Program-made: the position numbers and the translations under genes | Notes under the pieces: model-generated | Databases searched by the model: none | Told to the model about the DNA's origin: nothing | The model's input: the letters and a program-made list of their open reading frames with translations, nothing else | Shown here: positions 1 through 9,770 of the stretch, one piece after another | How positions within the stretch are numbered: the stretch's first letter is position 1 | How the letters are laid out: every line of letters starts with the position of its first letter | Sequence record: MW394391.1 | Direction: 5' to 3' (one strand) | DNA length: 64,000 bases | Source: Klebsiella phage vB_KpM_FBKp24

Positions 1-413
1 TGATTCTCTATGACCGGGACAAACTTAAAACCAAAACTGGTGTGATGTGAGCAATAGGTGTCGTATTCGAGGTAATCGTACTCCTTCGTTTCGAGGTTTT
101 TAACGATCAAAATTTTCTTCGGGTTTTCCTTGAAACTCTCCTCTCCACGGCCAACGTCAAATTTATCGATCACAGCGATGACTTCGCAAGGGAATTCGGT
201 TTTGCATCCGAACGTATATTTCGCGTATTCCTTTTCTACCCCGACAAAGAACCTTGGACGATTGATTCCTTTCGTGATTAATTTCTGTTGAATCTGAGAC
301 GCTAACATGACCAAACGCGATGGTGAAGTACACACTGCCCAGGGACCAAGATGAGTCGCTGTCCCTATTAAATCAACATCCATTTGATGTTCATTTGCTA
401 ACTTTTCTTTCAT
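1..413 (-). CDS. hypothetical protein, C-terminal part cut by window start (MKEKLANEHQMDVDLIG...)
   Basis: ATG (rc) at 411-413 opens a frame that runs off the window; motif-1 promoter and leader hairpin lie upstream. Confidence 0.5.
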   Translation of the reverse strand, partial: MKEKLANEHQMDVDLIGTATHLGPWAVCTSPSRLVMLASQIQQKLITKGINRPRFFVGVEKEYAKYTFGCKTEFPCEVIAVIDKFDVGRGEESFKENPKKILIVKNLETKEYDYLEYDTYCSHHTSFGFKFVPVIEN

Positions 414-454
414 GGCAGAGTAAGCCCCTTTCTTTCACGATAGCATAAACGTAA

Positions 455-476
455 GTCTAGACAAAAGCGTCTAGAC
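455..476 (-). promoter_or_regulatory. 5'-leader hairpin (gtctagac-aaaagc-gtctagac) between motif-1 promoter and start codon
   Basis: perfect 8-bp inverted repeat read directly from the sequence. Confidence 0.4.
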
Positions 477-485
477 CACCCTCAT

Positions 486-510
486 TTAAGTGATATATTC
501 ATTAACAGTT
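486..510 (-). promoter_or_regulatory. motif-1 promoter-like element (GAATATATCACTTAAATGA on - strand)
   Basis: matches the recurring consensus TATAT(AT)CACyyTAwwTGA found upstream of other - strand genes. Confidence 0.5.
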
Positions 511-526
511 TTGGAGAAGACGACTG

Positions 527-877
527 ATGGCTGAACCGCTTGTTACTAAACTACGTAACCCGGGACAACCGGCCTACTATACTTTTGGCTGGATTAATTG
601 CGTAGAAGATCACCTTACTTTCTTACAAGACCCAGGAAATGGAGATGTTTACCGTCCTACTGGGATGGAAAGGTCTCGATACCAGGGTCGCTTTTATGCC
701 TTTTTACGCGACGTGGCAAAAATGAATCAACCGCAGTATTTTTACCCTTATCTCAGAGCCAACAACATGACGTCACCTGACCAATTTGGCGAAAAACATG
801 ATTTGTTGATTTTCCCTGATATTAACAAAATAGAACAAATTTATACACGTTATACTGCGTCCCTTCCAACGCAATAA
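527..877 (+). CDS. hypothetical protein (116 aa)
   Basis: ATG ORF followed by a bidirectional hairpin terminator. Confidence 0.55.
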   Translation: MAEPLVTKLRNPGQPAYYTFGWINCVEDHLTFLQDPGNGDVYRPTGMERSRYQGRFYAFLRDVAKMNQPQYFYPYLRANNMTSPDQFGEKHDLLIFPDINKIEQIYTRYTASLPTQ

Positions 878-924
878 GACCGACTATACTATAGCTTTCT
901 GGCGTGGAAAATGAGGGTTAAGAC

Positions 925-962
925 AAAAAAATAAGAGAAGAGGGAAAACCTCTTCTCTTATG
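925..962. terminator. bidirectional intrinsic terminator (aagagaagagg-gaaaa-cctcttctctt), A-tract 5' and T-rich 3'
   Basis: 11-bp stem between convergent genes. Confidence 0.6.
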
Positions 963-969
963 CATCGAA

Positions 970-1209
970 TCAATTAGGCTCAAAGACGTCCGGAGAATAC
1001 GTAAGAAAGTTATCTACGTTCTCGACCGGGATTTCCAAAAAGGCGGCGATTTCTTCACCGGAATATCCTCGCTCTGCAGCAGAAATAACCAGACGATGAA
1101 GATGGTTATCGATAGTGGTGCGAAATAGATTTACTTGCGCCTCAACGTCATCAAGAATCAATTTCACGCCTAAATCACCACCTTCGTTCCAGGGTCTTTT
1201 CATGTTCAC
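970..1209 (-). CDS. small HTH protein, sigma-70 region-4-like (ERGYSGEEIAAFLEIPVENV)
   Basis: 79-aa ORF; helix-turn-helix pattern G-x-S-x-EEIA-x7-V visible. Confidence 0.5.
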   Translation of the reverse strand: MNMKRPWNEGGDLGVKLILDDVEAQVNLFRTTIDNHLHRLVISAAERGYSGEEIAAFLEIPVENVDNFLTYSPDVFEPN

Positions 1210-1262
1210 CTCTCAATCAAGACAAATAAAATTGAGAGGGCCGTTAAGCCCTCTCAATGAGA

Positions 1263-2489
1263 CTATCGACGATAACGACCAAAGTCATTACGACCCCGAC
1301 CAAAAGCACTGCGACGGTCGCTGTAATCGTCACGACGCTCTAAGAGGGAACGTGGACGAGATTCGCGACGATCATCATCGTAATCGCGGTCGTCTCGATC
1401 GCCTAAACGACGCAATAAACTTCCTTCGGTACGACGGTCGTAATCACGATCATCACGACGAATCAGGCTTCGCGGCGCATCGCGGTCATCATCGACTGCG
1501 CGCAGAACATGGCGACGACCGCTAGAGACTTCACGGCGCTGTTCCCGTTCTTCACGAACCCGCTCACGGTGCTCTGCCTTTGCCTTTGGTTTAGCCAACT
1601 CATCTTCATTGGCTTCACCCTCGTTACCTTCCAGTGGCGGGATGTCATTACGGTACTCTGACAGTTCCGCCATGTTTTTCACCCAGTTGGTACCGATCAA
1701 AAGACCTTTTACTTCTTCAAAATCGTCAATGAAGGTTTTGGTCACTTTATTGAGATCAAAGGCCAGATTCGCAAATGACATCATTAACGCATGGAAGTTC
1801 GGCGCCACCGAAGATCGACTACCATAGCTATATTCATCGATCGATTTGTCGAACTGCGGGAAGATGTGACGAATCAGGTTGAACAGTGCCGCACGATCAC
1901 GTACACGGAATGTCACGTCGAAGATTTTCTTATCTTCGTTATGTTCCTGATCAGCGATAGGGAAAGTCGCCACTGCTACACGAGAATACTCCTCTCCTTT
2001 CCAGACGCCGCCACGCTTGATGAAGATATTGATAAACGCATTGTCGCCTTTAAAGGTCAGCTTTGCTTTCATCAATTTGCGCGTGTCTTCAACGGTGCGC
2101 TTGTCAGCGTCCGGGATTAAACGCAGGTAATCCCGCTGCTCAGGGGTCAGCTTTGCGTGTTTATCCGTATCAGCCGCCAATTCCATTAAGAAGCAAATCA
2201 GCGTTGTACCAACCTGATACAGACGATTACAAACGCAAAGCGTCAGGCGCTCCAGTACTTCGGATTTCTTACGTTGGGTATTTTCCGAAAGAGGGTGAAA
2301 GGGGATTGTGTTTTCCCAATCCGGATTTTTCAACCACTCGTCGGTCGGTAGAACCAACTGACGTTTGTTCATCGTGAACGGCGCTTTCACGCCGACCTCT
2401 TCGAAATATACCGCGCCTTTTTCATCGACCTCAAACCCCAGTGCGGTCATGATCTCGCGATAAATCGTCGTTAACTTTTTCTTACTCAT
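1263..2489 (-). CDS. hypothetical protein (408 aa) with ~120-aa Arg/Asp/Glu-rich low-complexity C-terminal tail
   Basis: ATG verified at 2487-2489; tail is RRDDRDYDRR..DRDDRDYDDDRRESRPRS. Confidence 0.7.
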   Translation of the reverse strand: MSKKKLTTIYREIMTALGFEVDEKGAVYFEEVGVKAPFTMNKRQLVLPTDEWLKNPDWENTIPFHPLSENTQRKKSEVLERLTLCVCNRLYQVGTTLICFLMELAADTDKHAKLTPEQRDYLRLIPDADKRTVEDTRKLMKAKLTFKGDNAFINIFIKRGGVWKGEEYSRVAVATFPIADQEHNEDKKIFDVTFRVRDRAALFNLIRHIFPQFDKSIDEYSYGSRSSVAPNFHALMMSFANLAFDLNKVTKTFIDDFEEVKGLLIGTNWVKNMAELSEYRNDIPPLEGNEGEANEDELAKPKAKAEHRERVREEREQRREVSSGRRHVLRAVDDDRDAPRSLIRRDDRDYDRRTEGSLLRRLGDRDDRDYDDDRRESRPRSLLERRDDYSDRRSAFGRGRNDFGRYRR

Positions 2490-2518
2490 TTCTTTTCCTC
2501 AAGGAAAGGGTTATATTC

Positions 2519-4042
2519 TTAGAAACGACTGTTCCCGCCCCAGCTAAAATTCGACAAAGCATCATCGATCGGTTTATCATCCATGGAGAACTGACTGTCT
2601 GCCAGCTCTTGGATAGTTGTCTGGAAATCGTTGGTGATTTTACTGGCGAGATCGAAATCGTCGGTTTTCTGTGGCGAAATCAGACCATCACAATACATCG
2701 GAATAACGTAGAGTTCCTCCGGTTGTCCGTCTAATGAAAGGTTGATTTTAATGTCAGTAATTGCAGAACAGTCGATACTGCAAGTGACGATAATATTGCC
2801 GTTATGCGAAATAGGGTTTGCGACCTGAAACTCAATCAGTTGTCGCACTGCGCTGATATTCGCAGACACGTTAGCACCGGGAATTAATGGTCTTTCCCCG
2901 TAAACCTCAACGTGCATTTCTCCGAGCGGATTATCGTTACTGAACACTACCATCGCATCAGAAATGTGGTTAGTCATCAGGATACTAGGGACCGCCTGAG
3001 AGATAATACGCACTGCTACTGCTTCTGCGCCAGCGCCGCCCAAACTTGCCCCACGACCACGTTCGTAGCTCTGATATCCGCGTTCTTCAACTTGTTTAGG
3101 GTTGATAAAACGAGTTACTGGCTCGCCATGATACGTCTCAGGCCAATCTACCATCCTTGCCATATCGCGAAGACGAATGGTCCCTTCCTGATAAAAATCA
3201 CACTCTTGCAGGAACTGAGTAAACAACGGATTATCTTCCGTTTTACTCACGTTAACTGCGCCAGCTGCCAGTTCAGATTTTGACATTTCTTCCCCAGCGA
3301 AACTGGAATCCGGGTTCCATGAAGGTTGCTCCATAGTTTCCGCCAATACCCCTGCTTTCAGTACCGTAGAGATATAGTCGGAAGCATTGTTCTCACGACG
3401 AGAACCCATTTTGATATCGCCTACAAGATCTGCGCGAGTGTCGATGATCTGATCACCACCGGAGTGATAACGTTGATAGTCGCGGATACCGACATCGTTA
3501 AAAATGTCGTGTGGACGAATAAGGCGTTCGCCTTTATCGCGGCGTAAGCCAACATGACCTTCGCCACGACCACGACCACGAATGATATATTCGGAAGATT
3601 CGATACGAGGGCGCAATACTCGGCCCCGACCCGTATCCAGAATTGTATCACGAATAATCACACTGTTGTTGATAAACAGCTCCATGTTATCGTCTAAATC
3701 CCCGCTGATCGTACTGACGCCGTTATAGTCAGTAAAACCTGTGAGGACCTGACGCTGAGTGGTGCCGTTATAGTCCGAGATTAAAAAGGTGATAATAAAA
3801 CTTAACCGTTTTTCACCCCAACCTCCCGGAATCTCGATCAACGACCCACGTTTTGAGGTCATGGAGATAGCGTCATTAACCATGGACGATAATGTAATCG
3901 AATTGATATTTTTACCATGGTCTGTCGCTTTAAGAATGCGGTCTTTAACACCATTATCGAAATGGGTCGTAAATGAACTTCCGTACTGATCGTCGTAGTT
4001 AGAGGTAGTAAAGAAGATGGCGCTAATGACAGTTGGTTTCAT
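2519..4042 (-). CDS. hypothetical protein (507 aa), internal RGRGRGEG segment
   Basis: ATG verified; long ORF with protein-like composition. Confidence 0.7.
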   Translation of the reverse strand: MKPTVISAIFFTTSNYDDQYGSSFTTHFDNGVKDRILKATDHGKNINSITLSSMVNDAISMTSKRGSLIEIPGGWGEKRLSFIITFLISDYNGTTQRQVLTGFTDYNGVSTISGDLDDNMELFINNSVIIRDTILDTGRGRVLRPRIESSEYIIRGRGRGEGHVGLRRDKGERLIRPHDIFNDVGIRDYQRYHSGGDQIIDTRADLVGDIKMGSRRENNASDYISTVLKAGVLAETMEQPSWNPDSSFAGEEMSKSELAAGAVNVSKTEDNPLFTQFLQECDFYQEGTIRLRDMARMVDWPETYHGEPVTRFINPKQVEERGYQSYERGRGASLGGAGAEAVAVRIISQAVPSILMTNHISDAMVVFSNDNPLGEMHVEVYGERPLIPGANVSANISAVRQLIEFQVANPISHNGNIIVTCSIDCSAITDIKINLSLDGQPEELYVIPMYCDGLISPQKTDDFDLASKITNDFQTTIQELADSQFSMDDKPIDDALSNFSWGGNSRF

Positions 4043-4069
4043 TTCAAGGTTCCTTTTCAGTAGTGCGGT

Positions 4070-5611
4070 TTAGGGTTTAGCAATTACGGAGCGCGTGTTG
4101 ATAAAGATAATGAATTCCGCTAACAGTTGCTTAAAGTTAGGCGGTACCATCATCCCACGATCGCCGTCTTCAATCATGGTACTTTTCTCAGCAATGACGT
4201 CTACGATGTCCCGTTGCCAATAGTTGTTCGCAAATTCATTGTAGAAAGCGTTAACGGCGATTTCTCCTGGTGTCTTCAACGAAGCTTTAGAACGGGCTGT
4301 TCCTAAAGTCGTGTAACGACGATACGGATAGATCTCATTGAAAACGTTTAATTGCTCCTCTTTAATTTGGCCAGCATTAAAGATGGTTTGAATCCGTCCC
4401 TTTTGCGTGGCACCAATTAAATCTGCTAATACAGAAAACCCATTTTGATGCAGATAGACTTGAGCGATCGAAATCAGACCAATCGCACCTGTCCGATCAG
4501 TATGCGGTAACGCACGCGTGACGCTGTGTTGATGCAATGTCACCGCTACCAGCTTTAACTGACATTCAATTGGATTAAAGAACTTACGGGCGTTATTACG
4601 GGAAATGACGGATACTAATAAACCCCGGTCATAATCGTCACCTAAAATACGACTGGCTTTATTACGAAGTTCATGAGCCCAATAATCAAAGGCAATACGC
4701 TCGCCGTCAGATATACTTTCTCTGACTTTGTAGCTCTCAGCCGTAGAAAGATTATCTTCCTCCCCTCCGGAATCTTTAACCATCGTTTTTGGACGTACCT
4801 CGTCTTTACCGCTACGCCCGCCATCACTCGGGAGCTGAGTTTTAATCGCGCTCCACATCTTACTAATCAGATTAACAGTTTCAATCTGGTCATCGTCATC
4901 ATTGTGACTGAGCTGAATCACGGATAAACGACTTACTACCAAATATGCCAGCATCCATTCCGGGATATCGGCAGAACCAATGCCAAAAATAATGTTCTTC
5001 ATACCGGGCGTAGTTCCTGCCACCACGGCATCAACGAATTCTCGAAAACGTTCCATCGGTTGAGATTCCATAATCTCAGTCCGCCGCAATAACTGTAACG
5101 CATAAATTTCTTTATTCGATTCAGCCATCGCCGATTCCATCGCCAAAAACTCAGTCCATACCGGCACCATCGCTTTCAAGGCAATCGACATATACGTCAA
5201 CTGCCGGTAGTCGGGTTCCAAATAAGTCTGTTCTGGCCGATCGTCTTCCAGTAATGTTGTTTTCAAATCGGGCGGTAGGCGAATATCCGAATAATGCCGC
5301 ATCCAGTGCTCAATTAACGCTAACGGAATAAAACGATACAGTTCGATAACGTCTTCGTTCACAAGACGACTTGTAGTATTGAACTCGTAGGCGTTATCGA
5401 GTTTATCCCGGATATTGCGATAAGCAAGGAAAATCTTTTCTTGAACGTCTTCGTCCAAAAAGGCGAAAAAACGATTAATGTCACGAAACGTTGTTTCGTT
5501 CCACGATAATTTTTTCATCTCCCAGAACAAAACGTCGTACGACCCGTGACCCATGCAAAGTACACGTGTTTTTGTTCTTCCGCCTAAACTTTCATCAAAA
5601 TAAAATTGCAT
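4070..5611 (-). CDS. hypothetical protein (513 aa)
   Basis: ATG verified with GAGGAA SD; motif-1 promoter lies 30 nt upstream. Confidence 0.7.
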   Translation of the reverse strand: MQFYFDESLGGRTKTRVLCMGHGSYDVLFWEMKKLSWNETTFRDINRFFAFLDEDVQEKIFLAYRNIRDKLDNAYEFNTTSRLVNEDVIELYRFIPLALIEHWMRHYSDIRLPPDLKTTLLEDDRPEQTYLEPDYRQLTYMSIALKAMVPVWTEFLAMESAMAESNKEIYALQLLRRTEIMESQPMERFREFVDAVVAGTTPGMKNIIFGIGSADIPEWMLAYLVVSRLSVIQLSHNDDDDQIETVNLISKMWSAIKTQLPSDGGRSGKDEVRPKTMVKDSGGEEDNLSTAESYKVRESISDGERIAFDYWAHELRNKASRILGDDYDRGLLVSVISRNNARKFFNPIECQLKLVAVTLHQHSVTRALPHTDRTGAIGLISIAQVYLHQNGFSVLADLIGATQKGRIQTIFNAGQIKEEQLNVFNEIYPYRRYTTLGTARSKASLKTPGEIAVNAFYNEFANNYWQRDIVDVIAEKSTMIEDGDRGMMVPPNFKQLLAEFIIFINTRSVIAKP

Positions 5612-5639
5612 TCGATTTTTCCTCGGTTGTACTGCCTTC

Positions 5640-5668
5640 AGTAAGGTGATATATACACGAAAACAAAT
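5640..5668 (-). promoter_or_regulatory. motif-1 promoter-like element (GTGTATATATCACCTTACTGA)
   Basis: consensus match immediately downstream of a terminator hairpin. Confidence 0.55.
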
Positions 5669-5673
5669 GGAAC

Positions 5674-5699
5674 CGAGTGAGTCCGCGGACTCACTCGGG
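5674..5699 (-). terminator. intrinsic terminator (ccgagtgagtccg/cggactcactcgg), T-rich trailer on - strand
   Basis: 13-bp palindromic stem after the stop of the 5714..6499 gene. Confidence 0.55.
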
Positions 5700-5713
5700 T
5701 AACCCTATTTTGT

Positions 5714-6499
5714 TTACCAAGGAACGTCGTTATCGAAGTCGCCTTGCGCTGCAGGCGCTGAGGCCGGAGCAGAAGCCCCGCTGTTGTTATTCCAGCTATT
5801 TTGTTGAGACTGCTGACCACCGCCGTTCCAGTTCCCGCCACCTTGACGTTTCGCAAAGTTTTGTTGGTTCTGTTGTTTGTTACGATCTTTCGCTTCCTGG
5901 AGTTCCTGATCGGACATGTAACCCGCTTTTAGCATAGAGTTGACATGATCCCACCAGATATCGGCGCGTGCGCGAGCGGAAAGCTCAGATACGTAACCGT
6001 TAGTAAGAACTTCACCGGACGCTAAACGCAACTGTGTCATCTTCGGCGGAACAAAATAGAACTTGATATTGTCCCGACCTTTCATACTGAGACCGATAAA
6101 GACACCTTCTTGGTCTTTACCGACAACCACCATCACTTCGGTCTCTGGGCGATCCAGTTTTTTACCGAACATGAAAGTCGACATACTTTCCAGTTTCATA
6201 ATGTTATCGGGTAGGCGTCCCAACGCCGCGTCCTCGATAGCCATGGTGATCATTCTGAATTGACTGATGGTAGGGAAGAAATCGATTTTCCCTTCTCGTC
6301 CCTGTTTACGCAAGTTAACGCCCATTTTGATATCACGGACTTTAACGTGGTTACCGTCAACTTTGTGATAACGGAAATCAACAAAAAGAAACGGTTCTTT
6401 GCCATCGCTGCTTGCAGTAGCGGGTGCACTCAGCCGGCAATCCCAGGCATCCATTGCACGTAACGGACGACCAAGGTCAAAGTTGTTATTGTAAGCCAT
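5714..6499 (-). CDS. putative ssDNA-binding (SSB-like) protein with Gln/Asn/Gly-rich linker and acidic C-terminal tip DFDNDVPW
   Basis: C-terminal architecture mirrors bacterial SSB (Gly/Gln linker plus DFDDDIPF); ATG at 6499 preferred over the track's GTG at 6517; GC-rich codon usage. Confidence 0.55.
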   Translation of the reverse strand: MAYNNNFDLGRPLRAMDAWDCRLSAPATASSDGKEPFLFVDFRYHKVDGNHVKVRDIKMGVNLRKQGREGKIDFFPTISQFRMITMAIEDAALGRLPDNIMKLESMSTFMFGKKLDRPETEVMVVVGKDQEGVFIGLSMKGRDNIKFYFVPPKMTQLRLASGEVLTNGYVSELSARARADIWWDHVNSMLKAGYMSDQELQEAKDRNKQQNQQNFAKRQGGGNWNGGGQQSQQNSWNNNSGASAPASAPAAQGDFDNDVPW

Positions 6500-6569
6500 A
6501 GCTAGCCTTATTTTCACGGTTAAGAAAAGGGTTATCGTATTAACTGTCTGACGCGTAAAAACCGAGTCT

Positions 6570-7415
6570 TCAGAGCAGTCGTTTCAAATGCTCAGCGGTG
6601 TAACGGTCGCTCATCCAACCCAGATTTAGTTTGATTTTGTCTGTGGTGGTCATTGTGGTCCATTTAAACCGTTCTGCCAGTTCAAGGACTGCTTCACGAA
6701 CAGCTTTGGGGTAACGCATAAAAAGAATGTTTCGGTCTCCAAAGACCTGAATGGTGAATTCGTTGAAAGGTATCCGCGGATAGAGTTTCCCGTCTGTCAG
6801 TTTAGTGTTCCATTGACTCTTCGATTTAATTGCACCAGAGTAGGATTCGATTAATCGAAGTTGGGTGAACGCGGTGCGCGAGAGTAGATCAACGGGGTAA
6901 TGCGTGAGAATTAAAGCTTTCACAGGTTCGCCTTTTAATTGGGAACCTTTATCGAAGTCTAAATACTGACCAATCGGTCTGCGAAGTACCTCATCAATTA
7001 CATTGTCCATGAGAAAATGATATGTCTTTTGTAACGGCGTTTTAGGTGTAAATAGAATAGCACCAGGGAAACGCCGTAAGAGATCTCCGTACTCTCGATG
7101 GTACAATGTAACTTTGTCCAATTTCCCTTGTCCATATTGCAGGATTTGTTGAAGTTCTTCCTCGAGGGTATCAGCAAATCCCACAACAGTTTCTCGCATA
7201 GTTCGGTTACTTTTATCTTGCCCTAACGCCGAGACTAATGCCTTTCGGTCTTCTCCGTCCAAAGCGTCGTAAATATTACGATACAATGTACGGGTGTTTA
7301 TCCAGAGCCCGCCATAGCGTTTATTAGGCTCCAGCGTTTCCATGGCCAAGCTGGTACCGATGCTGAGCGGGAGTTCCCCTACCGCTCTGCGGGCAAGGAT
7401 ATCATAGACGTTCAT
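6570..7415 (-). CDS. hypothetical protein (~281 aa)
   Basis: track start at 7430 is TTG; in-frame ATG at 7415 has a GAGGGAA SD. Confidence 0.6.
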   Translation of the reverse strand: MNVYDILARRAVGELPLSIGTSLAMETLEPNKRYGGLWINTRTLYRNIYDALDGEDRKALVSALGQDKSNRTMRETVVGFADTLEEELQQILQYGQGKLDKVTLYHREYGDLLRRFPGAILFTPKTPLQKTYHFLMDNVIDEVLRRPIGQYLDFDKGSQLKGEPVKALILTHYPVDLLSRTAFTQLRLIESYSGAIKSKSQWNTKLTDGKLYPRIPFNEFTIQVFGDRNILFMRYPKAVREAVLELAERFKWTTMTTTDKIKLNLGWMSDRYTAEHLKRLL

Positions 7416-7426
7416 GGCAAATTCCC

Positions 7427-7654
7427 TCAATTAGGGTCAAGTTTATTTTTCCGATGTTCGACGATCTCGTTAATAATCGCAAGTGTAGTGCGTGAAATGA
7501 GAACGATGAAAAAGGCCACTGTAGTGTGCAATGTAACGTTGTAAGGTCCTGTGTGCAGGAGACTCGCAAAACTGGCCAGAAACCACAGCCCGAACCAAAT
7601 TATGGAAAAACGAATTATCTCTACCGCGATACCCTCAGCCGATTTTTGTAACAT
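7427..7654 (-). CDS. small membrane protein (75 aa, two hydrophobic helices)
   Basis: hydrophobic segments; translationally coupled to the upstream gene. Confidence 0.45.
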   Translation of the reverse strand: MLQKSAEGIAVEIIRFSIIWFGLWFLASFASLLHTGPYNVTLHTTVAFFIVLISRTTLAIINEIVEHRKNKLDPN

Positions 7655-7656
7655 GA

Positions 7657-8778
7657 TTACTCCTCGATCAAGTCTTGTAAAAGTCGTAGTGCGTGGTCAA
7701 TTTTCTCTGATGGGATCTGTTCATTTTCCCAACGTTGTTTGAATAACGGGCTGACGCTCGACGGTGTCAATGCAGTAAACTCATAGCGCTTTTGAGTAAA
7801 AGTACTACCCGTCGTAGTCGCGGTTTTCTTCCCTCGCCGTATCTCGGAAAGCTCTAACGCAGGGAACGTCGACTTAAGAATTTCCATCCACGGTAATACC
7901 GGGTCATCCGCCATAAATTCAATGCGTAAGGCTGACCCTTCAACCAGATCGGTTTGTTGGTCGATAAGGTCGATTATTTCCGGGAAATCCAACCCTATGG
8001 CAGAAATAGTCCGATAAATTTTAGCCTTCGTATTAATTTTTCTTTTGAAATTAATTTCTTTTCCATTCAGAAACGTAATTTCAAGAACACCTTTTGGCTC
8101 CTCTTCTCCGTGCCCTAATCGGTTAAGAGATCCTACCGAAATCCATTTCATAAATCGGCTGTGATTGTGGATATGGCCGGATAGAATAGCCAGCGAGACC
8201 AGATCGCTCCATTTAGCAGCATCGTGTAACGCAGGAGAATGTATCCCGGGTAATTGGTAACTGCATCCGCCGTGTACAATTGCAATGTCGACCTTTTCCA
8301 TCCCTCTGGAGTGAATAAGATCTTTAACTTGTTGATAAGTTAATTCTGCATTATGCGTCCATTCATCAGGGAGATAGAGAATGTTTATATCCCATTCCTC
8401 TAGATACTCAATGCTTAGCGCATCGATATATTTCAACTTACACTCAATCCCTTCTCCGGTGTTAATAAAATCAAAGATTTGACTTTGCTTTCTATCATGG
8501 AGGTTCGTCCCTTCCAATACCCGCAACAAAATATCCCACTTTTTACAGTAACGAAGAAGATGTCGCGCGCCTTCCATGGCGTAGTAAATGTCAGGGTCAT
8601 TGAAACTTACTAAGTGATCGAAGTAATCGCCGGAGACGGTGAGAATGTCTAATTCTGGTTTTTCTTCCATTGGGTAGAGCCTACGGATGTCCGCTAACAT
8701 CCGTGGTGATTTGGTTCGTTTATGGAAGAAGTGAATGTCGCTGATGGCACCAATAGTGAGCTTTTTATCAGTAATCAT
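7657..8778 (-). CDS. calcineurin-like metallophosphoesterase, Mre11/SbcD-type nuclease
   Basis: ordered motifs SDIHF, SGDYFDH, GTNLHD, VHGG, GHIHNH; ATG verified. Confidence 0.65.
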   Translation of the reverse strand: MITDKKLTIGAISDIHFFHKRTKSPRMLADIRRLYPMEEKPELDILTVSGDYFDHLVSFNDPDIYYAMEGARHLLRYCKKWDILLRVLEGTNLHDRKQSQIFDFINTGEGIECKLKYIDALSIEYLEEWDINILYLPDEWTHNAELTYQQVKDLIHSRGMEKVDIAIVHGGCSYQLPGIHSPALHDAAKWSDLVSLAILSGHIHNHSRFMKWISVGSLNRLGHGEEEPKGVLEITFLNGKEINFKRKINTKAKIYRTISAIGLDFPEIIDLIDQQTDLVEGSALRIEFMADDPVLPWMEILKSTFPALELSEIRRGKKTATTTGSTFTQKRYEFTALTPSSVSPLFKQRWENEQIPSEKIDHALRLLQDLIEE

Positions 8779-9325
8779 ATTCGTCCGGTTGAATCAGAGA
8801 AGTCGTTGTAGTTGTACTGGCTCCTCCCGGAATAGGTTCGATTGACGTTTGCCCAGGGTAAGGATAGCCGCAATGGACGCGTATTTCATGTAAGCGTCGC
8901 TGCCACATTTCTTTGTCGATGGTATCCAGAGTCAAAGAGGCGTAAATCTTTTCACTCATTGCCTCCCCTTGTTTCCGTAAACGGTTTGTGATCGTTTTTA
9001 TTTCCATGGTAATGGAGAATAACGAATGTTCGCCGCCAGAATATTTAGGCTGAAAATCACCCAGAATAGGCGGGAAAATCCAGTTGATCACCCCTTCTGC
9101 ATTATAAATAAAAACGGGCTTATTTCTTCCGAACGCGATGAGACGCTCCCAGTCGTCTAACGCTTGTTGTTGTACGCTCGCTTCGGTATTAAAAAAGCGC
9201 GGAGCCCAGTTTGTCTCAAATTCTTTCATGCTTATTTTGCTCAGCATATCTGCGGAGTAGTTGATAACGTCGTTGAGATCTCGGGTTAAATCAACTTTAG
9301 TTAATTCAGGCGTTTTTTCAGTCAT
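8768..9325 (-). CDS. hypothetical protein (185 aa)
   Basis: ATG verified; start overlaps upstream stop. Confidence 0.6.
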   Translation of the reverse strand: MTEKTPELTKVDLTRDLNDVINYSADMLSKISMKEFETNWAPRFFNTEASVQQQALDDWERLIAFGRNKPVFIYNAEGVINWIFPPILGDFQPKYSGGEHSLFSITMEIKTITNRLRKQGEAMSEKIYASLTLDTIDKEMWQRRLHEIRVHCGYPYPGQTSIEPIPGGASTTTTTSLIQPDEYDY

Positions 9326-9716
9326 TGTCTAAAATCCCCAACACCGCTTTAATGACACCGTTGTAGTATTCGATAATACGAGAGAAGTCATAACTTTTCC
9401 CGTCACGTGTAAATCTAACTTTGAAGATCACCCCAAAGGTATCTTTTGTCTCGTCTATCTCTGGCGTGACTAACACTTTGACGTCTGAAAAATGGGTACT
9501 GAACAATGTAGTATATTTCTCGGTCATTTCAGTACAAAGTGCATTTGGGTCTTCAGAGTACAATTGAATCATTGCGTCGAGTGAAACGATTTGTCCGTTG
9601 TAAATATCCGATTGACTAGACTTTGCCCAAATACTAGACGCGAACAATTCGTCAGCGATGACATAAGGGTTTTTTGTGTATCCGTGCCCATTTAAACTTG
9701 GATGTACTGTAGCCAT
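9318..9716 (-). CDS. hypothetical protein (132 aa)
   Basis: ATG verified. Confidence 0.6.
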   Translation of the reverse strand: MATVHPSLNGHGYTKNPYVIADELFASSIWAKSSQSDIYNGQIVSLDAMIQLYSEDPNALCTEMTEKYTTLFSTHFSDVKVLVTPEIDETKDTFGVIFKVRFTRDGKSYDFSRIIEYYNGVIKAVLGILDND

Positions 9717-9770
9717 GGTGGTTATTCTCGCTATTTAGGGTCTACAGAAATACAGAATAAATACAAAAAA

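Noticed and set aside
1115-2377. + strand ORFs 1115..1525, 1609..1827, 1791..2120 and 2063..2377
   Set aside because: Nested antisense within the 1263..2489 gene, with Arg-rich nonsense translations.
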